DNA of 63,674 bases, counting the filler, from Platydemus manokwari (taxonomy: Eukaryota): assembly GCA_037951405.1 (NCBI GenBank). It is 6 parts of 6 records of this genome, joined end to end, with 100 filler letters (N's around TTAATTAATTAA, not from the genome) between each part and the next. Parts side by side here need not be neighbours in the genome. Positions count along the whole stretch, not along the records: positions 1 to 12,846 come from JBBMOY011944716.1; positions 12,947 to 24,283 come from JBBMOY010752203.1; 4 more parts are not named here. One strand, written 5' to 3'. Below are positions 1 through 14,195 of the stretch, one piece after another (the stretch's first letter is position 1; each line of letters starts with the position of its first letter). The translations under genes and the position numbers were made by a program. The notes below the pieces were generated by a model. The model was not told where the DNA came from, searched no databases, and saw only the letters and a list, made by a program, of their open reading frames with translations.

Positions 1-988
1 ATACTGAAGGAAATGAAGTGCCAGCATTGTTAATCGATAGAACATAAACTAGTTAACATTACTGAAATATTAATGTTTAATGATTGAGGTACTGGTAAAA
101 AGGTTTAATTCATCAAGCTCTATCTAATGGCTCATTACGATTTGCCATTTTTGTTTCTACTTTATAAAAAAGGAACACAAACTCTACTGTGCACTCTGAT
201 GTTCCAATAAAACAGTAAGGAATACAATAAGTTTGTTGATTATATAAAAATTGACACAATATAAAATTGCCTTTTGGAACATCAAGGTAATGAAGATTAT
301 TGAAGCTGTTGGCATCAAATCTTTTTATTGGATTATAAGATGAAATATCGAATTAGAAATTTTAAATTACTTTCACTCGATTTTAAATAAATTTATAATC
401 GATTAAATGCAATTTTACCGCCTCATACCAAGTCTGGAATAATAAAGAATCTCAAAACGCCATTTCAAAGGATGCTCAGACAATAATTTTGTAACCTCTG
501 TTAGCCGCTTGTATTTCATGAAATTCATATTGAAAATAATTTGAAAAGTCGCAACACATAAATATATTTAATCGATTTATTTAAACAAAAAATTATAATT
601 AATTTTTAATATAATTTTTAAATGTACATTTTTTATTTTCATCATAAAATCCTCAAATTCTGTAATATATCTAGTAAAGAAGTTAATCAAACATAGTCGA
701 AAATATTCACGAGGAAAAAATAAATGCGTATTTTTTTTACTTTTTTTATACTTATTTTTAAATTAAAGTTTTATTTTTAGAAAATAAAAAAATTACAATT
801 TTTTATACTTCTTACTATCTTGTAAAATTATAATTCTAATTTATCTCATTTTTATAAAAATATTTTGAAAAAGTCATTCGGGGCCATCAATATAAATTAT
901 TATTAGATGGTCGCAGTAAGCAGTATCTACTGGATTGCAAAATCAAACATTACGTATGAATTATCTCAGATATTTCAATATTTCTCAC

Positions 989-1250
989 CGAATTTCCTTC
1001 CTTTCGAAGAGCGAAAATAATTCTACAATTCATAGCAATTATTCCAATGAACGGTAGTAAATACGTGAAAGCCAACACGCCACTAAAATAGATCTGTCTC
1101 ATAATGACGCTTGGAAATTGATCTTGACATCGTTTTGTTGGACTCGAATTATTAAAATGTTTAGCACTCTGGACCACTGTGAAATAAATTGCTATTGGAG
1201 TCGAACACAGATATCCAGCTGAATAAGAAAGAAGTGTCAACAATTGACAG
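989..1250 (-). CDS. Internal exon (TM4-ECL2-TM5) of a rhodopsin-class, probably neuropeptide-type, GPCR; may be a pseudogene fragment
   Basis: Translation ...GYLCSTPIAIYF...KRCQDQFP...VLAFTYLLPFIGIIAMNCRIIFALRK matches the TM4 proline, the ECL2 Cys and the TM5 Y-x-x-P motif. Bounded on the minus strand by a CAG acceptor (1251-1253) and a GTGAGA donor (988-983). No other exons were identified. Confidence 0.55.
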
Positions 1251-2439
1251 CTGGTAATCTAGAGTCAATATTTGTCAATAACCTATCCCACTTAACTCCA
1301 ATCGTTCATCATAGTTTCAGAAATGTAAATACAAGATGATAGTTATTTTCAATCTGTTTTAATCATTTCTCGATTAAAAAATAATGGTGATATTTTTTCT
1401 GTAGTCAATAATTGCAAGTCGCGTTGTCAGTAGTAGCTATTTCCTTTAAAATTAATGATTCAGCAAAAGAAATCATTATTATTGTAAGGGAGAAGCGTAA
1501 ATGAGATTAGTGATTGCGCAACTATCAGTTGCTACTAACCATTTTACCTCCCATGATCTGATTACATCATCAGAAATGTGATGATATATAACATTCTAAT
1601 TGTTCTAAATAAATGTTCCCTTATTAAAAAGTCTTATGATTAACAATTAAGAGCTCCATTTTTCGGATTTTAGAATACAATTTTAATGGATTATTTGATT
1701 TTTTGTCGTAAAAAACTCGCTTTTATTACTTGCCATATTGTTATTTATTTAAAATATGTGTCACTAGCTCTAAGAATTAAATGATATGTTTCTCATCACA
1801 GAAACACAAAATACACAATGAAGCAAAACAATATTTCTGAAATCAACTTTCATCAAATCAATTTCGAAAAACAACTAATTTTCTGATGAACAAATTAGAC
1901 AGATCTTATAATGAAGATTAGACATATCAAAGAGGATTTTGGGGAAATCTGATTGCCTAATACTGTAAGTAACAAGCCCATAATTCATCGGTGATTTATT
2001 GAAAATTTTAAATCATTCTGAAAGCAATGTCGATATATTTTATTCGTCGAAATGATATTACTCGTTTTTCAAAAATCACTGCAATCATTTTGGTACATTA
2101 ATTATTTGAGAGTAAATCAAATCTGTTTTCGCATTGAGGGAATTAATATAAATCGATAACGTTTAGAATGGAATTAAATTGATTAGATTACTTCAAATAG
2201 GTGATAAAGGAAAATAAATTAATACCGTATTCAACTGATAAATTTGTTTTTCTTCTATTTTTGAGTAAGGTTTGCGGCTGGGAAGTGGACTAATGTCAAA
2301 TTGTTGATCATATCAATATAAATCATGAGAGAAAATATTGAATTTGTTTGGATATCTCCGATAAATCGAATTATCCATGACTCCAAACACTAGAAGGCTA
2401 TGACTTGAAATTCCAGCTGCATACAACTCAGTACTACTT

Positions 2440-2815
2440 ATAACATCCATAATGACCCTTAACTCAAGAATTTTACAAACACGGTTGCCAACTGATAGTT
2501 GGCCATTTTTAACACCGATATTCGAGATCTGTATGATAATTTTTGTGTCATTTTGCATCACATTTGGATTCTATCTTTGTTTTTCCAAGTTCATATTAGT
2601 TATACTAGTTTTTTCATGAGTGGGATTGCTCAATCCATATGTGGATGTTGTTGTGTGATTATGTCACTTTAGCAATTGTCATTTATCATTTAAGTCCACT
2701 GTGATTGGTTAGTTGCTATACCTGTAGGGTTGTTTAGGTATGCAAATGTTTAAAGTGCCAAAACAAGTGTTTCGATATGCAGATACTTATTTTTACAGAA
2801 TCTCATCTCACTCAA
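2440..2815 (+). repeat. Dispersed repeat family, copy A (decayed, probably TE-derived)
   Basis: Shares colinear blocks CGAGATCT(G/A)T...AATTTTTGT (2523-2549) and TTAAAGTGC(C/T)AAAACAA (~2749-2766) with copies at ~7040-7390 and ~51225-51560. Ends are approximate. Confidence 0.7.
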
Positions 2816-2966
2816 CATATAAATCAATTTACGATTACATTTTTAAGAGGAAAGTAAAGTATAAAATAAAGAAATCTTGAAACTTTTCAAAAAGAAAAAT
2901 TCCTTAAAAAGTATATTAAAGTTCTAAAAATTTTAAATTAAAAATGTACACTTTGCTTGTTTTAAT

Positions 2967-3150
2967 TTGACTTAAGAATAATATTTAAAACACATGGCTG
3001 TCTTGATACATATATATATCCAGATAGAATTGCTCTAAAAGTGATTATGATGATTATTATAATTATTATTTCATAATCATTTTAGAGCAATCTACCTGGA
3101 TATATTTAATCAAGAAAGCTTTGTGTTTTGAATACTATGTTGGAGTCCAA
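2967..3150. repeat. Long imperfect inverted repeat (foldback / MITE-like), arms ~90 bp
   Basis: Left arm ...AAAACACATGGCTGTCTTGAT...ATATCCAGATAGAATTGCTCTAAAAGTGATTATG pairs with right arm CATAATCATTTTAGAGCAATCTACCTGGATAT...ATCAAGAAAGCTTTGTGTTTT. Centre at about 3060. Confidence 0.8.
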
Positions 3151-6100
3151 TGACCGTTTGAGAAATACAGGATTATTTGGGATGAGACTAAAATTAATAA
3201 ACTAATTTAAGGAAATTTTTTTGTTACCATTTATGTACTGTTACAACGCGCTCCATGGATATGCTTTATGATGAAATTTTTTTTGTTAGTCCCATCTTCT
3301 TACAGACCATTTACTAATATGATATCTTCATAAAATCGATAAATCCATACTCAACTGTTTTTGATTAACAAAATATTACGCCATATTTTTTTGTACTTTT
3401 TGAAAAGATAGGGACGCTAAGGTTTTACTAGCACAAGTAGTTTATTTCTTTGTCAATTATAACTCAAAATCATTTGTATGGTGTTTATAATAGGAATATT
3501 CCATCAGTAATTGTTTCCTTCGTAAGAATTCTTAGACAGTTTGTCGAACCTAATATAACCATTACGTTGTAAAACTGGAAACCGAGTTCAACATTATTTT
3601 TAATCAAATAATTTACAGAAAATCTGATTTTTCGAGAGAGGAAATTTAATGTATATTCTAGTGATTGTTCGAACTAGATTGAGTTAAAATGTCATTTATT
3701 TACTATTACATTTATACATAAAAGAATTCAAGTGCAATGACTTACAATTCTGAAGTTATTTAACTATGAAAGAGAATTTGGCCTAGACAGTATTGGACCT
3801 AGAACTGATTTCCTTCAAAATGGCACCTTTTCAGGCAAAAATTTAATGTATTTAAAACATTAAAATTAAAGTAATTTCTTTACTTGGTGTCATGCAAGTA
3901 CCGTTTTGTAAACAAATAATCAAAGTGATTAACATAAATAATAATATAAGCTATTATTATAAAGGATTATCTTATCTAACCTATATCGATTGCATTCTAA
4001 AAGTATTGAAAAATTCTTTACCACTTACAAAAAATAATTGAATCGCTTTTATCCATCATTTTTTTCTCATCAAACATAGAGTCAATTGACATTATCTATT
4101 AAATTTCAGCGAAAATATTCATGGAGATCTAATAATAGAACATTTTATTTCAATAAATGCTTACATGGAGAATGAACTGAAAAATCTATTGATTATAATA
4201 GCATTTTAAATTTTTTATAAATTATATTCTAATTAAAAATAATATTAGATTACGTGGATAATTACAACACCATAATAATTGCAATAACCTTTCAACAAAA
4301 TAGTCGTAGAACTCCTTTATACTGGAACTTATTCTAATATAGATATCCTAATTGTATTCATCTATACCAGAAAAAACCATTGATATAATCTAAACTGGTT
4401 TTAATTGAGAAAAATGAATATTTATCACGAAATAAATTCGCGGTATGAGGCATCTTAAATAAATCAATAACTAGGAGTAGTTTTTCAACAACTACTACAA
4501 TTTAAAATCAATCACCATCTGGATTTTATAAATTATAAGATTTTTTCATCAATCTGAACAATCAGATTTGACCTCGTTTTGACCTTAAGCTAAGATAAAA
4601 CAATTTTGAAATTCTTTATTCTATTTCCATTAATAAGATCATGTAAATTTTTTAATTATATTTATTAAAAACTTTTGAAATTTTTAGTTTAATGATCTGT
4701 AAATTGTTATCCTGGTTTGAAATGAAAAATAAAATAGACTAGAGCCTCAAAATTCTCTAAAAATATTTACTTAAAAACGAATCAAAGAAGGCCAAACTGC
4801 AAATCATTGAAGATTAGACAGGAATCCTTTTTAAACAATAAAAAATTGAGTTACTGTAAATTTTTACGATTATTTTAAAACAGGTAATATTAGATTATTA
4901 AATAGGTCAGGAATTTACTAAGTCGAGTTATAATCTGAAAAATTAAATTTTTAATAACATATCGGGTATAGATGTCGAAAACATGTAGTTGCTATAACCT
5001 TATAAATACTTTTAGCAAATTCAAAAAATCATATCGATGACAAAATTTAGATATAAGAGGTTTCTTGATTAGAATAATAATTTGGTTTAACAATTTTGCT
5101 TGCTTATCACAGTAAGAAAAGTAAGTAAAAGACAAAGATAAAATTAATAAGCTATCCATAATTTAATATTGTATTGAAAGTGGATGAGGCCAGATCAATA
5201 ATTTATACGTTTTACTTACAACGTTCTAAGTTGTCTGGCCGGAACTGTTAACCACTGAAAGTCCAACCAAGACATTTACCATCAGAAAAATGGTTAAAAA
5301 ATTAATTTATGTAATTATACTCTATTATTAACAAATTTTGTAAAAATAACTTTTTCACGAAATTTTCGAAAAATATCCATAAAATTAAATTATAAAATTA
5401 ATTAACGCACGAAAATACATAATAATGAAATGAAGTCAAAGAACCGCTTTTATTAATTTAAGCCAAACAACTAAATGAATTGACTTTCGACATGTACACT
5501 CACTTCAATAACTCAGACCAGTATATATTATATAAATTCGAGAGAATATGCGAATAGTTTTATTTTCAATTTATTTATATTTATGTTTATGATAATCTAA
5601 TAAAAAATAATTGGGATGCTCTAAAATGTAGAAATATAGTTAATAAAATGATATGTTTGCTCAAATTTATGAAGAGTATGATTAAATGATATATTTTATT
5701 CAGACTGAATGATGAACGATGTGAACAAAATGCCACATTTTAATCTTAATTAATTTTCTTCTTCTTCGGGTAATAATAATTTGAAAGTTTTAGGTTTGCT
5801 GGTTTATTATACACACTGACTGAATACAACATTTACAACTTGACAATATCCTTAATTTTATCCTTCAAATCCTGAAATTTTTAAACAATTAAAAGTTTCA
5901 TTAAAATAAATGTTGATCCACTGACTTATTGTGATATTTTCAAATCAATTTCAGACTTATACCGCCAGAAATGGAATTTGATTTGAAGATTTATATCTAC
6001 TTATAAATTGTCAAACGTTTAATGAATTATTGAAAGCGTTTATTTATCTCATATCATATCAAGTCAAACATGCTCACAATAAGTTTTGGAATTTTGCTCA

Positions 6101-7039
6101 CAACAGTTTGCGTGTCTAGCCTTGAGAGAAAATGATGAAGAAGCATATTATATATCAAAAAAACAGGTGGATATTTATCATATAAACAAAGAGTTGTAAT
6201 GTAATTTATTTTCAGTTTATTGAAAAATTGTGAAAAATGTTATCTGTTGTAATTTTGTTGAATTTAAAATTAAAATTAATTTGGATAATTTTTCATAAAA
6301 AATTGAAAGAAATTTTATAAATAGAATTTAACACTTAACGATCAGTTGCATGTTTCACCAATATTAAAGAGGATTTACCTGTGACTAAAACAGATTTTGG
6401 AAAATAAAATTTATCCATTGTTCATTTTTATTTAATTCATTTCACCACCCGAAGATAACACCATCAATTCATCGATTCAATTTTTTTCCAAATTAGATTT
6501 TTATTAAATTATTTTGGCTTTGAGAATATGTAGATGAAAGGCTGTTCATTTTATCATAAATTAATTAAAATTATATATAATTATACTCCATCCAGGACAG
6601 AAGCTGTATTTACTTATATTATAGCCTATGAGAGCTTAGATTATATTGATTAATATACGGTATAATCTGTAAAAATCGGAGCGTTGTATTCATGTATTTA
6701 ATGTTTTGAATGAGTTAGTTAATTTAATAAAGAAATTAAAGATGTCAAAATAGAAATAATTTCGTTCCAATAAATTGAGATGGCGTTGAAACAACCAATC
6801 AAAATTCTAATAAATGATTCGAGATATAGATTTAATTTTCATCTAAAAAATCTTAAAACTTATTTTTACAAAATTAAAAAATTCATCAATACTGTTGGAG
6901 CTAGATTCTGAATACCCAAATAAACGTTGATTCTATAAACCGGTGGTTATAAGCCTTATTTCTAATAGTCGTTACAATCACTACGACTCAAAAAATAACA
7001 CATAGATACAATCAAACTCGTACTACTCATTACAATATC

Positions 7040-7390
7040 TCCACAACCAAAACTTGCATTCAAACTGGCGGTTGATCACCTTTATATCGGTATTTATGCT
7101 CGAGATCTATGTATAATTTTTGTGTCATGTTTGTCTCACGTTTTGATTTGATATTTACTTTCTCATGTTTCCATTGGGCTTTTTGGTTTTCGAATGTCTG
7201 GGATTGGTCAAATCCTCTTGTGTGTTGTTGTGTGGCTATGTTCATTTTTTCAATTATCGTTTTCCATCTAACCCAGCTGCAATTATTTTATTGTCATGCT
7301 TTTATGGTCGTATAGGCATGCAAACGCTTAAAGTGCTAAAACAATGGTTCTTAGGTACAAATCCATTTTTGTTTTGCAAGATTTCGTCTC
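7040..7390 (+). repeat. Dispersed repeat family, copy B
   Basis: CAACCAAAAC..., CGAGATCTATGTATAATTTTTGTGTC (7101-7126), CTTAAAGTGCTAAAACAA (~7327-7344) and TTTTGCAAGATTTCG are all colinear with copies A and/or C. Confidence 0.7.
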
Positions 7391-10300
7391 CATTTTAATC
7401 AATAGAAATTAAGTAAGTAATACAATGTGTTAGCTGCAACTATTTCATGAAATTAGGATTGACAACCATTTTGGAAGTTAACACGATAAAGTATATTTTA
7501 TGATAATATTTTAACAAATGATTTAAAGGCTATTTTACCTTACTTAAAACCACTTTTTTAATAATTATTTATCAAAACAGTGGAATTCTCAAACTTTGCG
7601 TGCTCAGTTGTGTCGTAGATGTGATTTAGTATATATAATAGCTTATAATATTTTATTGGTATTCTCGTAGTGAGCAGTACAACAAAGAGCATGATATCGA
7701 ATAAATTATGCTTGTTTTAATATTCATTTAATACACTTCAGAAAAGATGGTGGCACATCAAATTTGTATAGGACATAATCCCATTTTTAATTCTTATATT
7801 TATTTATTTTCAACTTTTGCGATTAAATTAGTTACTGATATCAGCTGGGCACAGTCAATATGTCGGTTAGAATAAGGATTGTAAGAAGTCATGTAAGAGT
7901 ACAATTAAATAAGGCAACAAAAACAATAATCCTTATTATATTAACATGGTGTTTGAAATGATATCGATTATAGAAGTTGCCGTAAATCATAGACTAGTTT
8001 CCAGTAAATAACGGATGTCTGTCCAGTATTGAACTATATCAAGATAAGTCTATCATTATTGAAAATATAATATGGAAAATTCTGTTTTTGTAAAAGAATA
8101 TTTATTCAAAAATTTAAGCAAAGATAAATTTATATTTTCCACTTTAAAATTGCTTTGTTTTTCAGATTGAGCTGTGTGTGCTGCTTTATGAATAAACTGA
8201 AATTTCCTGTATACTGAGATATATCGTTTAGCTATAATTACAAGAATTTGCTTTATAATATAGTTGTGTGTAGAAAAGATAAGTTTGGAGATCATTTGAG
8301 TATATTTTAATTGATGGGTGCCAAAAGCTTATAAAATCTCAAGAAAGGTCCAGCCCAATTTAAGATGATTTATAGACATTTCTTGAACAAAAAAATGTTA
8401 AAAGAAGTTTGAAATCCACCAATTCTTAAATGCGTTAGGTCTCGTGCCATTCAGTTCTTAACGTGACTCTCGTTCGGTGTGACTGCACCTATGATAAAAA
8501 AGGCAAAATTCTGATTAAAAATGTATTTCTGGTACAATAGGTGAAATCATATTCAAATACAATAACTACACTATGTGCTTGAAACAATACTAAGCTACCA
8601 GTACAGGAATACTTACGAATACTGTTCGAGTTTACGTTACCGTGTCATTTACATGACTCCACTTTCGGGATAATCAATGTTAACATGCCTAGAACTATAG
8701 AGGTAAACGTATGATTAAAATTCACGCTCACCTTGTTCTGGTCTGCTTCTGAAAATGGAAAAGAACTCAATTTAGTCATTCTTTTTATACATGTAATGCA
8801 AGTAATTTATACATTCTGCTTGTTCGTCAATAATTTATTACATGTGAGATTATTTACTGCAATTATGACTATATTTTATAAATGCTATGGGTTTTGTATT
8901 TTTCAATAAACTGACTGAACAAGCTCAATATAAAATTTTATCAATATTTCCAGTTTAAATTAAAATTATTTTGTTAAGAATAAGGACTAAGCAATCCGAT
9001 CCTGGACCCATGGGACCAATAAAGTTTGGTAATAATTTTCAAAACCAGACCTGAAGTTTTAACAATTGAAAGATTAAAACCAACCTTATTTGACATTAAA
9101 TTTTAAATTTTAATTGTAAATTTAATTGAATTTTGATAAGGTTTTAATTTATTTAAAAATTAATTAATTTATTAAAATTATATTATTAACATAAAATTGT
9201 TAAATTTACTTAAATATATAATAATTAGAATTGTTATCAATAGGTTTAAAATTAGTTAAAATTAAATTATAATAAATTGTATTCAGCATTGAACGGTTTG
9301 TTTTGATTAAGAATCAAAATTAAGGATAAATAATCAATTAAGCTAAATGTAGCCTTTTAAGACAAAAAATCAAATATAAAACATAGTGCCATATTATTAA
9401 ATATTATAAAAAAAGAAAAAATTCATTAAATAGTCTGTTTCAATCTAATGATTTTGTACAAATTTATTTTTATAAATATATCTTGTATCGAAAAAATCTT
9501 TTTTCTGGTTTTTATAAGGAATCCATTTCAAGATTTACCACTTCATATTTCAGCACAATGTTTACATTTCCAGAGGTTTATTATTAAAAATCGATAAGTC
9601 TTGTTATATTTTCCTATATAAATACTTGACTAATAAACTGAAAAATAAATCTATAACAATATATAATAATGATAAGAATTTTATTTCATTTTTCTTTCGA
9701 GATTATTTGAAATCATGTTTGAAACGGAATTAATGAATGATAAAGAATTTTCTTTTAGAAATCAATCTAGTTTTGATTATGTTGAAATGATTATAGATAA
9801 TTAAATCGGATATTTCACAATCATTAATATAAAAAATAAACCAAAATTTTCAACGTATTCTTATTAATATCACTAACAATCCAAATAACTATCACAATAG
9901 AAAATTCTTTAAAGAAACTAATTCAATAACTTATTACAAATGAATAATTGCTTGAATTTATCTCACAACATCAAAAGAAATTGAAATAAAATCATTCTTG
10001 ACAAATCAATATGTGTTTACTATAAATAGAATATGTTTTCCAATCTTCAATATTAAGGATTCCATCAAATGTAACCAATTCAAACCTTCAAGAAGACAAC
10101 TTTAATTATTTTAAGCAATTAATTTGAATGGAATTTTGCTTAGCAAATTTGCAATAAAAATTTTCTTCGTTTCTAATTTTAGAATAAATTCAAATTACTT
10201 TAACATTTCATTACATGAAGATTAAGAATATTTAATAATTAGATGGCAAACAAGTGATATCAATAGCTGTTTCTCACATTCCATAGGGTACCAAACCCAA

Positions 10301-10552
10301 TTATAAATATTTTTGATCTTTATTTAATGATGCTGTTATTATTATTATGGATATTATTGTTAATCAAAATAAATTTATTATAATCTACATTATTGCAATC
10401 TAAATTATTACCAATTTTATAATTATTATTATCGTTAGTAGCATTAGTAGTAGTAATCATAAAACAAAAATAATAACAATTTAAACATTTTATTTATAAA
10501 TCACATAATAATAATGAATCAAATTATATTTCATTGTTATTAACCACATAAA

Positions 10553-11869
10553 TTACATACTTGTTTCATGTAATAATTCAACTTTTAATGCTTTATCTTC
10601 TAGTGGAAAATTATCAATATTTTTATTAGGGGTCATAGTATAATCTTTGACATATTTATTCTCTTCGGTAAAACAAAATGTTTTCATATACTGACTATCA
10701 ATAATGTTAGTGCTTCGAGATTCTATGTTTACCAATCGTTTGAGAGGACCACATTTGCATAAACAACACGATTTATACAATAAACGAATGGCTTCTTGAC
10801 GAAATTTCGGCCCACTCATACAGTAAAGTAAAAAGTGTACAGCAAAATTCAAATACCACAAAGTGTAAAGAAGTCTTTCAATACCGAAAATCAAGCCATT
10901 CAATCTACTCTCAAATTGTAACATGATAGTATTAATGTGAGGTACAAAGAAAAGAATGTTGTATGATAAGAGTGGGGTTGTGGACACCAAAAAAAATATA
11001 TTGACAGATAAGAGCATCTTTGTTAGACTTGTTGTCTGCTTATCTCTTGATCGTCGTCTTGTCGACCTCTTTGCTACTTCAAACGGTATTATTTCTTCAT
11101 CATTTTTGCATTTGACATGCTTTCGGTTGGGAATTTGGGTAATGGCAACTGAATTCGAAATCGTTGCCGCGTTTTGTTTAGTTGATTTCATCCGTTTTCT
11201 TATTCTTTCCATTTCTCGAAGTTTGGAAATTATCAAAATATTCGCTACTGACATTATGATGAATGGCAAACCCATGATCAATGTCAAATCAATATATGGA
11301 AATCCATTTTGGAAATAATTTTTAATATTGCATTTGTTCAAGCCGTTCTCTTGATAAATAAATTCCAATGTCCACACAAAATGAATATCAATCAATATAA
11401 ATACACCAACTAACAAGACAACAACAATTTTGGCAATTTTCCGAGTACAAATCATTTTAGCTCGAAAAGGAAATATGACCCAGATCATACGATCTATAGC
11501 AACCGATACTAGCAACCATACACTGATGTAGGTGAGAGTGTAACGGATGATATTCAACGAATAACAAGATAGTGCATGCTCTTCTCTAACTTTTTTCGGG
11601 AATAAAAACGCAAAATTAAACATCTGCCCCCCAAGACTAAAAATTAAATACAAAATATCGATGAATGCCAAAGCGGTAAGATAGAATGTTGTACTACTGT
11701 TATTCAGTTTCGGTGATACAAGAACAGCAATTGTTAGACAATTTCCAAATAATCCAAAAGTCACGATAATTGCCCACAATCCAATGCACGTTTTACGAAT
11801 TGTGTCAATGGAAGCTGGAAATGAAAATGTGCCATTAAATGTGATATTAGATGGGTATGTTTTGTTCAT
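10553..11869 (-). CDS. Intronless rhodopsin-class (class A) GPCR, FMRFamide/peptide-receptor-like, 438 aa
   Basis: Intact ORF with seven hydrophobic segments: GLFGN (TM1), YLTALAFID (TM2), SVAIDRM (DRY variant), LPFIIM (TM5), FFLVSTTP (TM6), NFAVHFLLYCMSGPKFRQE (TM7/helix 8). N-terminal N-glycosylation sequons NKT, NIT, NGT. Confidence 0.95.
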   Translation of the reverse strand: MNKTYPSNITFNGTFSFPASIDTIRKTCIGLWAIIVTFGLFGNCLTIAVLVSPKLNNSSTTFYLTALAFIDILYLIFSLGGQMFNFAFLFPKKVREEHALSCYSLNIIRYTLTYISVWLLVSVAIDRMIWVIFPFRAKMICTRKIAKIVVVLLVGVFILIDIHFVWTLEFIYQENGLNKCNIKNYFQNGFPYIDLTLIMGLPFIIMSVANILIISKLREMERIRKRMKSTKQNAATISNSVAITQIPNRKHVKCKNDEEIIPFEVAKRSTRRRSRDKQTTSLTKMLLSVNIFFLVSTTPLLSYNILFFVPHINTIMLQFESRLNGLIFGIERLLYTLWYLNFAVHFLLYCMSGPKFRQEAIRLLYKSCCLCKCGPLKRLVNIESRSTNIIDSQYMKTFCFTEENKYVKDYTMTPNKNIDNFPLEDKALKVELLHETSM

Positions 11870-12846
11870 AATGAACGATTGAATCCAAAGTGATCAAAGT
11901 TTCATTATTGGGTGGTATTTTTCTGAATTTCCATTGGATCTATCTGAAATTATACAATCTTAAACTTGGTTAATATAATTTGAGAGAAATGATAATACAA
12001 AACTCGGAACTAATCAATACACAGATCACCAATGATGAAGATTGAAGGAATCTCTATTCATTGGAAAACATTAAGTCAACAAACATTTCAGGATGTGCTT
12101 TCCAATAATCTATGATCGACGAACCAATAGCTAAGTAGGAAGAATGAAAGATGTCGAATCACTATAAAGCGAATGCTTAAAGCTGTATTGATTTTAGTGA
12201 AAATTTCTCCGGGTAACAAAATTTGGAAAATAAATAAATCATAAATGAACTTATTAACTTATTGTTTCTCAATATAAACAATCATCATTTCTATATAGCA
12301 TTCAATTTAAGCACTGCGTGAAACTCATTTTTGTATAATAAAACTTTGTAATAAAACAAATAGATTTGTCATCTTCTCGTTGTTATCTTAGTAAAGAAAG
12401 AATAGATTAAATAAATTTTTAGATGAATATTTTATTAACAAGTGCCAACTCAAGTAAATCTGTCTTGAAAGAAAAGCTTTTAATGGATCATATTGATTTA
12501 TATCAAAATAGGAATCGAATAATCGAATGTAAAATTAAGATAAAAATTTCATTAAAATGTTAAAAATGATAATCATCTATTTTTCAGTTCAGTCATGTGA
12601 AACGGTAAAGCAATTTGATTATTTCTAAATTTATATAATTAATTAATTTCAATCATGACTGAAGCGAAATAAGAAATTGAAAATTAATTTGTCGGTTTCT
12701 TTTTTGCATTGATAATTATTTTGGTTAATTATGTAAAAGCATCCTAACATGTTTTGATCGTTTCATTATCATTACTATTTCATACTTTATTCATTTTTCA
12801 TCATTCTGTATTTATTCAATCTTTAAAATTTTTATTCCTTCAATGA

Positions 12847-12946
12847 NNNNNNNNNNNNNNNNNNNNNNNNNNNNNNNNNNNNNNNNNNNNTTAATTAATT
12901 AANNNNNNNNNNNNNNNNNNNNNNNNNNNNNNNNNNNNNNNNNNNN
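12847..12946. other. Artificial contig linker (N44-TTAATTAATTAA-N44)
   Basis: 100-nt spacer whose core gives stop codons in all six frames. Identical to four others in the window. Confidence 0.97.
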
Positions 12947-14195
12947 GTTCAGCGTTATAACAATTTGTGTTAATAAAATACCTGCATAAAAACATGAATA
13001 ACTTTTGACTCAACCTGGTACATATAAAGTGTCATATTTCATAAACACCACACCTATTGAAGTCAGATTATTAATAAATTATTGTATCTGATAAATCTGA
13101 AACTTAAATCATACAAGAAACCTAAAATTATAATTTCTCGAGCTCCATCACATTCGTAAATCTATTGCAACTGACAAAAATAATGATAAGCCTTTAGAAC
13201 ATCAAGGAATCAATAAAAACGATATTTTCAACAAATAGAAAATAAAATGGTGAGAAAACTATTTGTACTGTAAGTCCTTCACAATGCTAATGAATAAGGT
13301 TAGCTTCAGTGATGGAGGTGTGTTTTTTAATAATAATTAATGGATTTTTAAATTTCCAATACTATAGTGAATTAATTGATTCATTACATCTCACGTACAA
13401 TATCAAAATGTTATTGGTGGATGATTAGTTAGTTTGTCTATCTATAACCAGATCTCATTATAACCAACAAGCCAGTATGATATCAAATAATTAAAAATAT
13501 GAATCATTAGTATTATAAATATCTAAAAATGCTTTAACCAATGAAATCCATTGGAAAATGTAAGTCAGTTTTAGATATTTTTGAAATATGATATGCTAAA
13601 AATTATGGATTCTGTTAATGGAGACGAGAGAAAATAGCGTCCAGAAACAAGGTTACATATAATCAATAAGATAATTCAAGCAAAATTAGGAACTAATAAA
13701 CATGTCAAAATGCAGACTGTCGGCAAAACAAATAAAAAACCAAGAAAAATTAGAAATTAGTTAAACGATATCAGCTACACTAGTCTAATTGTTGTAACCT
13801 CCTTTTGTAAATTATATTGCTTATAATCGAATGTCAAATCTCTATTTTATTGATAAATAATATCAGATCGATCAATAAACACTGTTGTTATGGTTAAATA
13901 TTGATTCATCACACTACCTCGATTATCATACCCGAAAAAGGACGTCAGTAATTCATAAATGTTTAAAAATGTCACTTTGATCGATTTAACGAACACCTTA
14001 TTCGATAACTGATAAGACTGGATAATAAACAGATAGCATTGCCCCCAAACCATGGTAGTCCACTTCTATTATAGTCAATTCAGAATTCCCTTCAGTAAAC
14101 AACCGAATTTTCTATGATATTGATTGAAAGCACAAATAAATCAATGAAATTAAAACACGAAGTCAAAATAAAATATAAATTAAAATCGACACAAA

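Noticed and set aside
10956-11318. Antisense ORF within the GPCR
   Set aside because: Shadow of the opposite-strand coding sequence with no independent evidence.
12891-12902. Palindromic TTAATTAATTAA repeated five times as a biological site
   Set aside because: It is always centred in N-runs, so it is an assembly linker encoding six-frame stops.
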